NCBI GenBank assembly: GCA_950097015.1
Contig: CATNEN010000014.1
Span: 620,001-684,000 of the forward strand
Direction of reading: 5' to 3'
DNA from: Macrostomum hystrix
Lineage: Eukaryota > Animalia > Platyhelminthes
Length of the DNA: 64,000 nucleotides
A program made the position numbers and the translations under genes. This document shows, one piece after another, positions 1-12,486 of this stretch. The notes under the pieces are model-generated. The model made no database searches. It worked only from the letters and a program-made list of their open reading frames with translations, and was not told where the DNA came from. Numbering within the stretch: the stretch's first letter is position 1; each line of letters opens with the position of its first letter.

Positions 1-356
1 CAGTAAAGCAGCGAAATGCAGCACCAACAATATTGCACTTGAAAAGCAGTTATAGCAAGCACAAGCCAGAGCATCAGTGCAATGAGAGACTGTGAGATGC
101 GGAGCTACATACGAGTACAAGTCAAAATTCGGGGCGAAAATAGAATAACTGGACTGAACAAAAAGCATTTTGGTAAGCTCTATATACGAGCTATGATACT
201 AGAAGTAGCAGAATTAACAACTGCAGTCGTGATAAATTTGCGAAAAAAGAGCGAAAGCAGAGAAAGTGCAAATAAATGAATATTTGAATGAACCGACTTA
301 AAAAGCAAATCGCAGTGGTGAGTTGCTGACCATGAGCCATGGTCACAATTTTCATA

Positions 357-746
357 CCCAGATTGGTCTGACACACTGACACAGATTGGTCTGACACACT
401 GACACAGATTTGTCTGACACACTGACACAGATTGGTCTGACACACTGACACAGATTGGTCTGACACACTCACCCAGATTGGTCTGACACACTGACACAGA
501 TTGGTCTGACACACTGACACAGATTGGTCTGACACACTGACACAGATTGGTCTGACACACTGACACAGATTGGTCTGACACACTCACCCAGATTGGTCTG
601 ACACACTGACACAGATTGGTCTGACACACTGACACAGATTTGTCTGACACTCACCCAGATTGGTCTGACACTCACCCAGATTGGTCTGACACTCACCCAG
701 ATTGGTCTGACACTCACCCAGATTGGTCTGACACTCACCCAGATTG
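357..746. repeat. Minisatellite with 23-bp (CAGATTGGTCTGACACACTGACA) and 21-bp (CAGATTGGTCTGACACTCACC) variant units
   Basis: Tandem units read directly; they explain the repetitive ORFs at 180-837. Confidence 0.97.
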
Positions 747-897
747 GTATGCAGGGGTGCAGAGTTTCGGCCCAGCGCTGATTTATAAGCAGCAGCGATC
801 TGTAACCCACACGGATATTCAATTTGAATTTAACCAATCAAAGCGAACGCAGAACAAGAACGTGGAGGGCCTATCTGGGAGGCAAGACTGTCCCAGG

Positions 898-3800
898 TCA
901 GGACATGATGTTGACCAGGGCGTCGCAGAATTTCCTGGCGTCCTCGCGGTGCAGCCGCACGGCGTGACCATCGAACTCGGCTTCGCCGAGAGCGCGGCAG
1001 CCGCGGGCGGCCTCCAGCATGGCGACGCGGAAAACGTTGCGCGAGTCCTCGGCGCCCACAGGCGGCAGGCCGAGGAACACGGCGTTGAACTCGGCGGCCA
1101 CAGCTGGCCCCGGCATCTGGCAGGTAGCGAGCAGCGGCAGCTGGCTGGCCTTCCGGAACTTGGCCAGGCTGACGAAGCCCCTCTGCACCAAGCTGGCCAA
1201 CAGGTACAGCGCAGCCGGGCCCGCCTGTTCGGGCAGCGACACGAATAGGAAGGGGCCGAGGTTCACCACCGAGCCCTGGTCCAGCAGCGCTTGCACCTGC
1301 TCGGTCTGGGGTCGAAGGGGCCGCGCCAGCGTTGAGTTTTTCCCTCATGGATTATTAAGGCAAGCTCAGGTGTCCCTCAACAGCCAGCCCTGCAGCCTCA
1401 CCTGTCCGCTAAGCCAGTCGCGCACGAGGACGAGGTCGCGGCACATGGCCTCGCTGCACTCGATGCTGACGCAGTCGATGCCGGCGCAGAACTCGCCCCG
1501 GGTGAGGTGGCAGGCACAGAGCAGGGCGCAGTCAGTTGCCACCAGGGTCGGCCGGAAGGCGGCTTTGGCGGTGAAGGTGGGCAGGAAGAGCCGCTCCGGT
1601 TCCAGGTGGAACTTTTCTGCAAACGAGTTGTTGAAAAAAACTAAGTCTGAAATCGGCAACCAATCAGAATCCGAATAAACGGGAGCATTCAACAGCAGAA
1701 AAAGAAGCAGAATCCGCAGGAAGCAAGCAGGGGCAAGGCTACAGACCTGCCAGTCGGCTGAAGGTGCTCTCCAGGCCAGTCTGCAGCTGCAAGGCCATGC
1801 AGTCGAACGGCTGACGAGCTTCGCGCTGGGCGATGCCAGCGTCGGCCAGAAACTGCAACAGCCGCTGCCTGCCGCGGGAACCAAACAGCTGCAGCGTGCA
1901 GGCAGTGTGCGGACTGCAGCGCATGCAGTCCTCCAGGCACCAGTGGCGCAGCAGCCACAGGTTCAGGCAGCGGCTGAACTGCAGCTCAGCGGGGGACGAG
2001 ATGGTCTCCTACGATAGGCGAGGTTGGTGTTAGAAGCGGTAAAATGTAATAATTTCCCCTGCCGGCTGCCAATGACCGTCAGCAGCTGCTGCTGTACCTG
2101 CAGCTGGGAGTTCAGAGTGCCCGATGCGGAGGCGGACGCAGCGGAGCTGGCGTTGCGCCAGCTGGTAACGTGGGCCTGAAGGCCGCAGACGGCCTCGAAG
2201 TAGACGTCCCAGTCGATACGGCCGCTGAGCAGCTGCCAGGTGTGGCCGACGATGGCGCACCAAAGGGCCGACAGGCTGGGCCGGGATGTGCGGAAGGCCT
2301 GCTCCAACAGCAGCAGGCTGGAGGTGGGGCCGTGGAAGGTGAACTGTTCGTGCTCCAGCAGTGCGCGCTCCCGACGGTTGCGCCACTCGCGACGGGCCCG
2401 ACGTCGCTCAGCGGCGCTTAGCGCGGCCGCTGCGGCGTCCGAATCCTCGTCAGCGTCGGCATCTTCGACGTCAGAATTGTCGTCCTTTAAAAAGCAAAGC
2501 GGAAATTTTTTAGGTTAGCCCAGTGAGATCAGTGAGCAGAGGGGACTCTGGTTTGAGGACCTGGATCATTTAGGTCAGCCCAGTGAGATCAGTGAGCAGA
2601 GGGGACTCTGGTTTGAGGGCCTGGATCATTTAGGTTAGCCCAGTGAGATCAGTGAGCAGAGGGGACTCTGGTTTGAGAACCTGGATCATTTAGGTTAGCT
2701 CAGTGAGATCAGTGAGCAGAGGGGACTCTGGTTTGAGGGCCTGGATCATTTAGGTCAGCCCAGTGAGATCAGTGAGCAGAGGGGACTCTGGTTTGAGGGC
2801 CTGGACCATTTAGGTCAGCCCAGTGAGATCAGTGAGCAGAGGGGACTCTGGTTTGAGGGCCTGGATCATTTAGGTTAGCACAGTGAGATCAGTGAGCAGA
2901 GGGGACTCTGGTTTGAGGGCCTGGACCATTTAGGTTAGCCCAGTGAGATCAGTGAGCAGAGGGGACTCTGGTTTGAGGGCCTGGATCATTTAGGTTAGCA
3001 CAGTGAGATCAGTGAGCAGAGGGGACTCTGGTTTGAGGGCCTGGACCATTTAGGTTAGCCCAGTGAGATCAGTGAGCAGAGGGGACTCTGGTTTGAGAAC
3101 CTGGATCATTTAGGTTAGCTCAGTGAGATCAGTGAGCAGAGGGGACTCTGGTTTGAGGGCCTGGATCATTTAGGTCAGCCCAGTGAGATCAGTGAGCAGA
3201 GGGGACTCTGGTTTGAGGGCCTGGACCATTTAGGTCAGCCCAGTGAGATCAGTGAGCAGAGGGGACTCTGGTTTGAGGGCCTGGATCATTTAGGTTAGCA
3301 CAGTGAGATCAGTGAGCAGAGGGGACTCTGGTTTGAGGGCCTGGACCATTTAGGTTAGCCCAGTGAGATCAGTGAGCAGAGGGGACTCTGGTTTGAGGGC
3401 CTGGATCATTTAGGTCAGCCCAGTGAGATCAGTGAGCAGAGGGGACTCTGGTTTGAGGGCCTGGATCACTAGGGTTAGTGCATTCGTGCAGTTTCAAACG
3501 CACATCGGAGTCGTGGAAGACCACATCGAAGGGCGGCACGACCACATCCTCGGCCTCGCTGACCACCAGGTGCACCTGCTGCTGGTTGTAATAGTTGCTG
3601 ATGTGAAACGGCCTGTGCGAGTCGATAACGTAGAAATGGAAGTCCGCCGGCGGCTGCAGCGTGTCCCACAGATCGATTGGGGCGCCGCAGTTCACCAGAA
3701 CACCGAACGACACCTGCGGATGGAGGCAGAAGAGCTTCAAGCTAATCTGGGATGATGGACCTGGGATCTCAGGTGTTGGAGGAGGAGGGATTTTGGAAAC

Positions 3801-6636
3801 TCTGGGATCTCAGGTGTTGGAGGAGGGATTATGGCAAACTTGGATCTCAGGTGCTGGAGGAGGGATTATGGCAAACTTGGATCTCAGGTGCTGGAGGAGG
3901 GATTATGGCAAACTTGGATCTCTGGTGTTGGAGGAGGAGGGATTTTGGCAAACTGGGCAATTTTGGCAACATCTCAGATGTTGGAGGTCGGCAGTCGGAC
4001 AAGCTGGCCTGTGGACCTGGGATACTGCAGGAGTGAGGTGGGCTAACTGGGATCTCAGATGTTGGAGGAGGGATTTTGGCAAACTGAGATCTCAGGTGTT
4101 GGAGGTCGGCAGTCGGACAAGCTGGCCTGTGGACCTGGGATTGTGGTAGCGTGGGTCTGCTCAGTTGCTCCGCTTAGTGTAATGTACAGTGCAGGTGTAC
4201 ACCTGCACGCGCAAGTGTGATTGGCTGACGTCAGACAACCTTTATTGCTGGCCAGCTATGTTAAATACAAGCTCTCTGCCTTTGGGGGGGTCTTACCCCC
4301 GAAGTGGAGTTTTCACAGTGGCGACGAATCTGAAACGATCCTGCGCGAATGAGTAGTGCAAGTGCACTAGGGCTTGTCGGCCCATACGAAGAAGGCTCTG
4401 AGCCGTGGCATATGTACCAAGCAAGGTTAGAACAATATTTTGTTGCCAATGATGTCACTGAGGAAGCGAAAAAGCGAGCGATTCTGCTGAGTTCATGCGG
4501 CAAGAAAGTCTTCCATCTGGCCTTCAGTCTTCTGTCACCTGCACAGCCATCAGCCAAGAGCTACACCGAAATTTCCGAAGCACTGAAGAGCCATTTCGAG
4601 CGTGAGGAGTCCGAGATCGTCCATCGTTACCGGTTCTACACCAGAAATCGCAGGGAAGGTGAGGGCGTCGCTGACTTCGTCGCAGACCACCGAGACCTGG
4701 CTCGCGACTGCAAGTTCGGCGACAGCCTGACTTCAATGCTTCGCGACAGGCTGGTGCTGGGAATCAACAACGACAGCGCTCAGCGGCGGCTGCTGGCGGA
4801 GCCCGATCTCACTCTAGCGAAGGCTTTGAAGCTGGCCCTGGCCCACGAGTCAGCCGCCAAGGGCTGCCAGCTGGTGTCGGGAGCGAGTAAGCCAGATCCA
4901 GTCAGTCAGGAGTCCGTCAGCATTGTCAAGCAACAGCAGAAGTCATCTTTGACAAGGAAGTGCTTCAGGTGCCTGTCAACGAAGCATCGCGCTAATAAGT
5001 GCCCGTTCGCCACCCAGAAGTGCTAAAAGTGCTCAAAGACCGGCCACACTGCGACTGCCTGCAAATCCCAGTCGAAGGACGATAGAAGAGAGGCTCTGCA
5101 GATGCAGGACGGCGAGGAAAAAGACAGCTGCGAGGGGGAAACGGCCCACGCTCTGTACCAGCTGTCCGGCAAGCGGGTGTCGAAGGTTCCGCCAATAACA
5201 ACGACGGTGCGCATCAATGGCCGACCTGTTGTCATGGAAGTGGACACCGGAGCCTCCGTGTCCCTTGTATCTTCGAAGACATACAGGACCGTGCCTAACT
5301 CTCAGCCAGCACTGCAGCCTGCGTCCATGCAGCTTCGAACATACTCCGGTGAGAAAGTGCCAATTGAAGGCTGCATCTGCGTTGCTGTGGAAGCTGCTGA
5401 AGCACCGCCCAAGCCACTCAGCCTCCTTGTGGTTGCCGGCTGCGGATCCGACCTGCTCGGAAGAGACTGGCTGTCCGAGTTGCGGCTCGACTGGAGATCA
5501 ATCAAGCAGGTGGCAGCTGCTCCTGAGGTGTCGCCCAGACTGCAGCAGCTGCTCGATAAGTACAGCGATGTTTTTTCGCCTGAGCTAGGGAAGTACAACG
5601 GACCGCCAGTGAGTTTGAATATGAAACCCGATGCTCAACCTCGCTTTATGAAGGCCAGGAATCTCCCCTTTACTTTGAAGGACAAGGTGGAGAGCCAACT
5701 GAACCGCGAGATTGAACAAAGAATCCTGGTGCCCGTACAGCACTCCGAGTACGCATCGCCGGTGGTGCCAGTGCTCAATTCCGACGGCTCTGTGAGGGTC
5801 TGCGCCGACTTCAAGCAGACCGTCAACCCGAACGTGGAGCCTGACTCATATCCTCTGCCGCGGATCGAAGAGCTGTTCGCGAAGCTGACTGGTGGGCGGC
5901 TCTTCACTAAGCTCGACTTGTCGCAGGCGTACATGCAGCTGCCACTCGATGAGACCCCCCCAAAGGCTCAAGGCAATTTCAATTTTTCAATTTCAACAGC
6001 AGGAGTGAGGTGGGCTAACTGGGATCTCAGGTGTTGGAGGTCGGCAGTCGGACAAGCTGGCCTGTGGACCTGGGATACAGCAGGAGTGAGGTGGGCAAAC
6101 TGGGATCTCAGGTGTTGGAGGTCGGCAGTCGGACAAGCTGGCCTGTGGACCTGGGATACAGCAGGAGTGAGGTGGGCTAACTGGGATGTTACTGGCAGAG
6201 CATTCACTTACACCTTCGCAGTTTTCTCTGAACTTCTCTTTCACTTCCAGATAGTTGGCCACAGGCAGCAGGGTGTAGAGGATGTGCTGGCATTTGAAGA
6301 GGCTCTGCATTGCAGCAAGGGCATTGGGGGTGGACAGATAAACTTGCAGACGTCAAAAAAATCACAAAATATTTCAAGACAGAAAATTTGTCATGAGACC
6401 TTACCTGCAGAATCTTCCAGGCACAGACACCTTCGGGATCGAGGCTAACGAAGACCAGCACTCTCTGGAGTGAAGTATTTAATATACTACTGTAACACAC
6501 TAGATTACTTAAAGTAGCTTAGATTAGAAAGGCTGTGTAACTCTCTAGCCCATGTAACTCTATAACCATGTAATTTTGCACTTACTTCGCCACTTAGGTA
6601 CTCCTGGATGATTTCAACAAAGTTTTTGCAAAGCAT
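898..6636 (-). CDS. CDC45: Cell division control protein 45 (CMG helicase subunit), about 558 aa
   Basis: Exons 6636-6586, 6464-6405, 6304-6212, 3713-3504, 2484-2098, 2008-1747, 1616-1402, 1296-898; all GT-AG and phase-compatible. Motifs matching CDC45: RVLVFVSLDPEGVCAWKILQ, LVNCGA..DL.D.LQP...FYVIDSHRP, EW..RR..LL..EQF..HG.TSS, LW.AIVG.T, LRHW.LED, V.NLGPFLF.SL, and the C-terminal EDARKFCDALVNIMS. Confidence 0.96.
2510..3478. repeat. 60-bp tandem array (about 16 units) filling CDC45 intron 4
   Basis: CAGTGAGATCAGTGAGCAGAGGGGACTCTGGTTTGAGGGCCTGGATCATTTAGGTTAGCC repeats with an exact 60-nt period. Confidence 0.98.
3745..4141. repeat. Degenerate minisatellite in CDC45 intron 3 (left part; ends in the 81-bp unit that resumes at 5996)
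   Basis: Repeated GGATCTCAGGTGTTGGAGG motifs; the last unit ends GACCTGGGAT at the Gypsy insertion. Confidence 0.88.
4142..5953 (+). mobile_element. 3'-truncated Ty3/Gypsy (Mag-like) LTR retrotransposon in CDC45 intron 3
   Basis: 5' LTR TG..CA at 4142-4317, TGGCGACGA PBS-like motif at 4319. Gag 4349-5026 with CCHC knuckles. Same-frame protease (MEVDTGASVS) and RT start (YASPVVPV..DGSVRVCADFK, YPLPRIEELF, FTKLDLSQAYMQLPLDE). Ends before the YxDD motif; no 3' LTR. Confidence 0.93.
5996..6187. repeat. 81-bp tandem repeat (about 2.4 units), continuation of the array split by the Gypsy
   Basis: AGGAGTGAGG recurs at 6001, 6082 and 6163. Confidence 0.92.
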
Positions 6637-7860
6637 TTTTGGCAGCAATTTTCTGGAAGGAAGACGATGTGTAGCAGAATTGAAGATGTATTGCTAAGGA
6701 TGTGGTGGTTTAAGTACAGAAACATATATAGCACACTGCACTGAAATACTGTTCATAGCTGTCAAGTTTATCAAGTCTGTCAGGATTATTTATCTAGATT
6801 GGATTTAGTCATATTGTATATTCTATAAAATTGGTCATACCACATTAGCCCAACACAAGCTAAGCAGCCTGCTTTGTACATGTACACAAGGAGTATAGCT
6901 AGCTTTAACTAGAAAAAGCATATATTCCTGGTTTGCACTAGCCAATGTTTTAGCCTAGACCTAAAAACTAAGACTTGACCCCACCAACTACCTACCCAAG
7001 CTAGCTAATCAATGGTAGATTGCCAGACAATGCAACTTATTTGGCCCTAACAAAATTTCAGCAATTTAAGGTCTAAGTGATTAGCTATAGAAAAATACAT
7101 TTATTTTAGCCTCATTATATATAAATATCATTTATATTTTTTTATTGATATTTTCTTTTTCTTTTATTGTTTGGAGGGCCTGATCTAGCCAGCTTTTATT
7201 GGCAGGGATAATCTAATTTTCTTTAACAACCTTAAATAATTTTGGCCTAAAATAATAATAATTGTAGGAGGGCTACAAGAAATGAAATGGTACATCTTTG
7301 TTAACACTAGAGCTACAGCCAGCAAGGAGGCAATTATGAACATCTACCCAACTTGCTGACTCCTAAGCACATAGGCACACAGATACTATATGTAAGCACA
7401 TGCTCACATAGGTATACACAGGTGTGTACATGCCCTGACTTTCTCTTAGGGCAGTGTACACTTTCACTGTGTCTTGGTGGCTAGCCTCTTAAGGTTTTAA
7501 ACTATACAACAAGCCCCCAAGCCTTTTTTATATTTTAACTATAAATTTGGCCATATAGAATCAAGCTCAAGGACCTTGGTACAAGATGTAAACACATTAG
7601 ACCACTATGCCATTCACCCCCTGTCCCCTAGATTTTAATAGACAGGCCTGGCCTAGGCTAGGCATGGCCATGGGCCTTACTGCTTTAGTAAGCTAGAAGA
7701 TAGCAGTAGCTAGCAAGTAGCTAGCTTACTAAAAGATTGTACTTTGTAGCCTTTTATCTTGAAGCTAGGTTTTACTTGATTAGCTTTGATTTAAGAACCA
7801 GAATTGTATGCAATATTAGGTCAAATTATAACAGAACTAGTTTAGCTTAGCCTTGAAATG

Positions 7861-8022
7861 TTGATTTTACATTGGGGGAGTCTCAAGCACATCTTATCTC
7901 AATCTTGTTTGTCCGAAAAAATTGCCACCTCAACCCAAAAACGTTGATTTTACGTTGGGGGAGTCTCAAGCACATCTTATCTCGGTCTCGTTTGTCCGAA
8001 AAAATTGCCACCTCAACCCAAT
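7861..8022. repeat. Tandem duplication of about 82 bp
   Basis: TTGATTTTAC.TTGGGGGAGTCTCAAGCACATCTTATCTC...GTTTGTCCGAAAAAATTGCCACCTCAACCCAA occurs twice. Confidence 0.9.
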
Positions 8023-9978
8023 TTTTCCAGACTGCACTTCGACCTAACTAGAGTAAATCTAGCTAATAATAGAGTAAACATTTATTAATTGTCTAAATTT
8101 TAATAAAACTGAGCCAATATTTTTATTGATAAAGGAAATATGACAAAAAGGCATACAAAGGCATGACATACAATAATTTAAAATAAAGAGTGGATAGAAC
8201 TACCCCCAACTATTGGAACTATCAGTTCAAATAATATAACTGATTAATTAAATTAAACATAGTCATAACTCATAGTCATAGGTAGTTGACAGTTAGACAG
8301 TTGTTAAACTGAACATAAGGCCTATGGCTAGTGCAAAGGCAGCACAACATAAATAAAAAAATTTTATTAGGGCATGGGCTGAAACAATGAAGAGTCGACC
8401 ATGTGCACGACATGTCTACAGTGATTTTTCTGTACTGCAGTAGTTTAGATTCATAATATTGTTTTTATATTATATTTCATTTTGAATTCCGTGTATTCTA
8501 ATTTCTAATTTAGTAAAAACCTATATCTATTGTTGTGAATGTCAAGCCAAGCCAAGTACAGGTAGGCAGCAGGCTAGCTAAAGCCAGGTCCAGATAGTTC
8601 ATCAAAAAATGCAAGTTTTAGGCAGAAACCACTCACTGAAACCAGAGATAGTGTGTGCAAGAGGTAGATGTCTCCTAGTAAGTATTTAAATTGTGCACGT
8701 GGTCCGAGCGTCACGGGCGTCACGGCACGCTTAAGAAGAAATTAAAGTCACGCTGTTTTCCGTTACAAACGATTAAACAAAGGGTTTACAATTTGAATCG
8801 CTGGAAAGTCATACTCGGAGTCAAATAGGCTGAAATTGCAATTTAAATGCCAACTGTAGCTGCAAAAAGGTTTTTTTACCTAAGTATTTGCACATTTTTT
8901 AACTTAAAAATGAGCTCATGGCAACGGATTCGTGCTCTTGGTTACATCGTCTCGTGTTGTAGATACCGCGACGAGCTGTGCCGAAGCCCATGTTGAAAAT
9001 AATTACCAGACAAAGTGACCTGTTTACAGCTTCCAGCTTGCTCCATCACCCTCCCAAAGTACATTTACTGAGGAATAACCGCCGAACCAATGATATGTAA
9101 CCCCTGAGCATCTTGATGATCTCATGAATAGCATAGATTTCACATTAAGGCCCACCCATAGCAACATGCGTCAGTAGGTGTATGAGTAGAAGATTGTCGA
9201 AGAACCTTTGCAAAATTTACCAAAAGTTAATCCTAAATGATGCAGTTTGATTCATACAAGCCTGGCGTGTGTGTTCGAAGCTGTATAAGCTATATCACAG
9301 CAGCGCCACCGCTTCTGGTATCGGAATATAAGCCTTACCGCCGACATGGGCTTCAGATTGTGTATGTTTGCGATCGAGCTCGTGTTTGCGATCTATTGCG
9401 ATTTGGCTTGTGATGTCTGCGGTTTATTTTTGTGTTCTTGGGTTTCACTCTGCGATTCTCTTATTTAAACAGTAGCCCAGCACTGGTGCAGAAAAAACTC
9501 TGCGCCAAAATTTAATAATATTACTAACCAACTAAGGGTATGCTTGAAAAAATCAGATCCTGTTATCTCTACTGCCTACCTGTCATTTTTCTGTTTGATC
9601 TACTGAGCTATCTATAATTAGTTTAATATAATCATATAAGTAGTGTTTATTGCTATGCAGTTGAGTAATTTATTTTAAATATGCACATAAGAGTTGCATT
9701 TTAGTTATTTAAAATGTTAGATAAAAGAACTCCCAAAGGCGTATTCACAAATTTGTCAATTATCATGCGAAAAAACTGGTGATTAAGCAATCAGCCCCAG
9801 CCAATCAGAGAGCTAGTAGCAGTGATTTTCGCAGTAGTGGTGGACTGACAGCCAATCAAAGCAGCAACCAAATAAAGGCAGAAACACGGAAAAACTCGAA
9901 TAGCCAAAGCATTCAAGCTGTCCTGTTCAAGCAGGCTGCCTTTGGCAGGCTACGGGCGGTAAATAGTCTTCCACAATG

Positions 9979-11692
9979 TCAGGCCCGGCTCCACAGCTCC
10001 CCCTGCAGCGCGGCCACAGACTGTGGCAGTGCAGCGAACCGCAGTAGCCGACAGCGGCTGTCAGCCGTGATGAACACCGTCTGGCACCAGCTGACTGCAA
10101 ACTGGCACTCCGCCAGGCAGCCGATGCGACTGTGCAGCTGTCCCAGCCTGCTTGTCTCCACTGAGAAGCTCGGGTGTACCTTCACCAGAGGAGCTGAGGC
10201 ACTGGAGATCCTTTTATAGCTGCTATCATCTGAAATCAGATGGAGGGTATTGAAAGCTTAGTGCAATAGAGGAAGCTAATTAGATCCCTGGCTGTCGGAA
10301 CTTTTATCGCAAATATTTGCTCATTTGTGTGCAGAAAGTTTTATAGCCCAACGTCTCTGAAGTATTTGGTTCGTATCCGCTTCAAACATTTATTCTACGA
10401 GCAATAAAGAGCTTTTTCCCTAAATGCCAAGTTAGTTTTCAAAGTGCGCAAAATTTGTCGGAATGCGAAGGATGCTCAAGAGGCAGCCTCATCGCTTCTC
10501 ACTCATCCTCTCTCCTCGATGTCTTCAATACGCTCGTAGATAGGAAACTCTTGACATTTTGAAGAGTTCTCATGTGCTTCTTCGACGTGGGATACCCCAC
10601 GTGTCAGTGCCATATGGCAGCAATGTCAACTAGAACAAATTGAATTCGATGTTCTGCCTGCATTGACGCATGCTTTTTTAGCTCCTGACCCAAGGCATCG
10701 ATGCATCAACTAGTATCAACTTGGCGATCCCGTACACATCGTGCCCCTGTTCATAACTGGTCTGAACCGAGCAGTCAGCCCGGCCTGCGCCCGGAGGTCG
10801 CCCCCCACTGCCCGGACTTTGGAAGACACCCACCAGCGGTGCTACCTGGACGCCGCGGTCGATACAGACTACGCGGTCACCTGAGTCCTTAGACGTCTCC
10901 TTTTCGAACTGGTGACCGCCGTGGGCCGCGAATTGGCCTCCGTATCGACGTATCGCGAACGCTGATAAAAAAACTAAGGAAAAAAGTCAGCACCAAAACG
11001 CACAGATATGAGAGAAAGAATTTAAAAGAGCAAACAGCAAACGGCTTATGTAGATTCACAAGAAAACATGCGCAGCATGAGCTACAAGAGATCATCTCAA
11101 TGTATGAACTCTCCGTCTCCAAAAATGCATTGCTTGCCAGGCTTTTGCTCGGGTGTATGGGGCTGTGAAGAAATCCTTGCAGTCTCCATCACCTCGAAAA
11201 ACCTGTCAAGCTAATAGACAGCTCGCGCTAAGCTTTCGTGTTCTGATTCACCAAACACCTGGAGCAATGCTCACCCAAGTAGCGGATCTCGAACATGGAG
11301 TTCCGAAAGGACTGCCCGCACTTCTGTGCCGCATTTCCCGTGCAGCTCCAGGTGCACTGCGACTCGAGAGCCGGGCCGTAGGTGCCGTAGGTGAAGTCGC
11401 AGGAACAGAAGGAGCCGTACTGCACACCGAAGTAGGTGAAGCCTCCTAGCGAGCAGATCTGGCTGCACATCTCGTGCGTCATTCCAGCTATCGAGGTCAG
11501 GCCTTCGGCAATGTTGGACACTGGATACGGACCAAGGCTGGTCAGTCCCTTCAGGCCCACCAGGTCGCGAGCGCTTGCCGGACCCTCCACGTAGCAGCCG
11601 AGGTAGCGGAAGGTCAACTGTCGTGCGGCCTCCGACTGTGGTGCCAGTAAAGCGAACAGCAGCAGCATTTTGAGAACAGCCTGTCGAGACAT
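9979..11692 (-). CDS. Secreted WSC-domain plus PAN/apple-like protein
   Basis: Exon 11692-11275 has a signal peptide (MLLLFALLAPQSEA) and a WSC pattern (YLGCY..MT.EMC..IC...GFTYFGVQYG..CSC..C...C.GN..Q.CG). Phase-1 donor TTG G/gtgagc joins acceptor tttcag at 10229. Exon 10229-9979 carries GCLAECQ...WCQTVF....CRLL. Confidence 0.82.
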
Positions 11693-12236
11693 CTCTGTGA
11701 AGCTGACACTTTTGTCCCTCTTTTAATGCAAGCAGAGCGAGCGGCGCTTCTAACGTGTCGTCTAAATAGCGGCTGCATTATTAAGCCCAACCAATGAAAG
11801 ATGGTGTGTCTCCAACCAACAGATAGTCTTTAGAGAAGGCATTAATCAAGAAAATACGAGTATAAAATGCAGAACAGTTCTCCCTGCTGTGATCTTTCAG
11901 CCAGCTTCGATTTAGCTGCACTAGGCTCACATCACTTCACAAATTTGCCTGAGTCAATATGGATGAAATTTCGTCTGTAAGATGCTTATATACGCGTAGA
12001 ATACCTGATATTAAATTTGATAAAGAATTAACGAGAGCTGCTTTGGAGTCATTTACTCCGACAGTCTCTATGAAATCAAACTTTACGAATTCACGCCAAA
12101 ATCTTCCATTGAAATCGCCCACTCATTCTAGCTCGTGTTTAATGCGGCTCATTCTTCAAAACACGAGCCCAAAACTGAAGTCCGAGAAAGTGCCACAGTG
12201 CGTTAACACGAGAAACTCGAAGTTACGAGAGCTACT

Positions 12237-12486
12237 CGTAAAAGTCTGCTTCTCGGAGCCAGGCCCGGCTCCACAGCTCGAATAGAGCAGCGAACCGTAG
12301 CAGCTGGCAGCCGCTGTCAGCCGGGAAGAACACGGCCTGGCACCAGCTCTTCAAAGCCTGGCACTCTATGAAGCAGCCGAGGCCCGTGCTCAGCTCAAAC
12401 TACCGGTTGGTCACCACGGAGAAGCCTGGACTCACTGAAACCCGAGTCTCCGAGGGGTTGGTGCTTTGCCTGAAGCTGCTTCCATC
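12237..12486 (-). pseudogene. Paralogous PAN/apple-like exon with a premature TAG
   Basis: Aligns to exon 10229-9979: DGSSFRQ..VSPGFSV.TNR*FELSTGLGCFIECQ..SWCQAVF..ADSGCQLLRFAA..ELWSRA. TAG at 12400-12402 replaces a Leu codon. Confidence 0.78.

Noticed and set aside
5021-5060. Programmed stop-codon readthrough between Gypsy gag and pol (same frame, TAA at 5024)
   Set aside because: The TAA falls inside a zinc knuckle (C*KC-x4-H-x4-C) where an aromatic codon such as TAC is expected. A point mutation in a dead copy is simpler.
5956-6448. C-terminal part of the 448-aa ORF as Gypsy Pol
   Set aside because: After ..LPLDE the frame runs into the 81-bp repeat and antisense CDC45 exons.
9500-9512. 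E2F-like site TTTTGGCGC as the CDC45 promoter
   Set aside because: It is a single short motif about 2.9 kb from the ATG and the TSS is unknown; not supportable.
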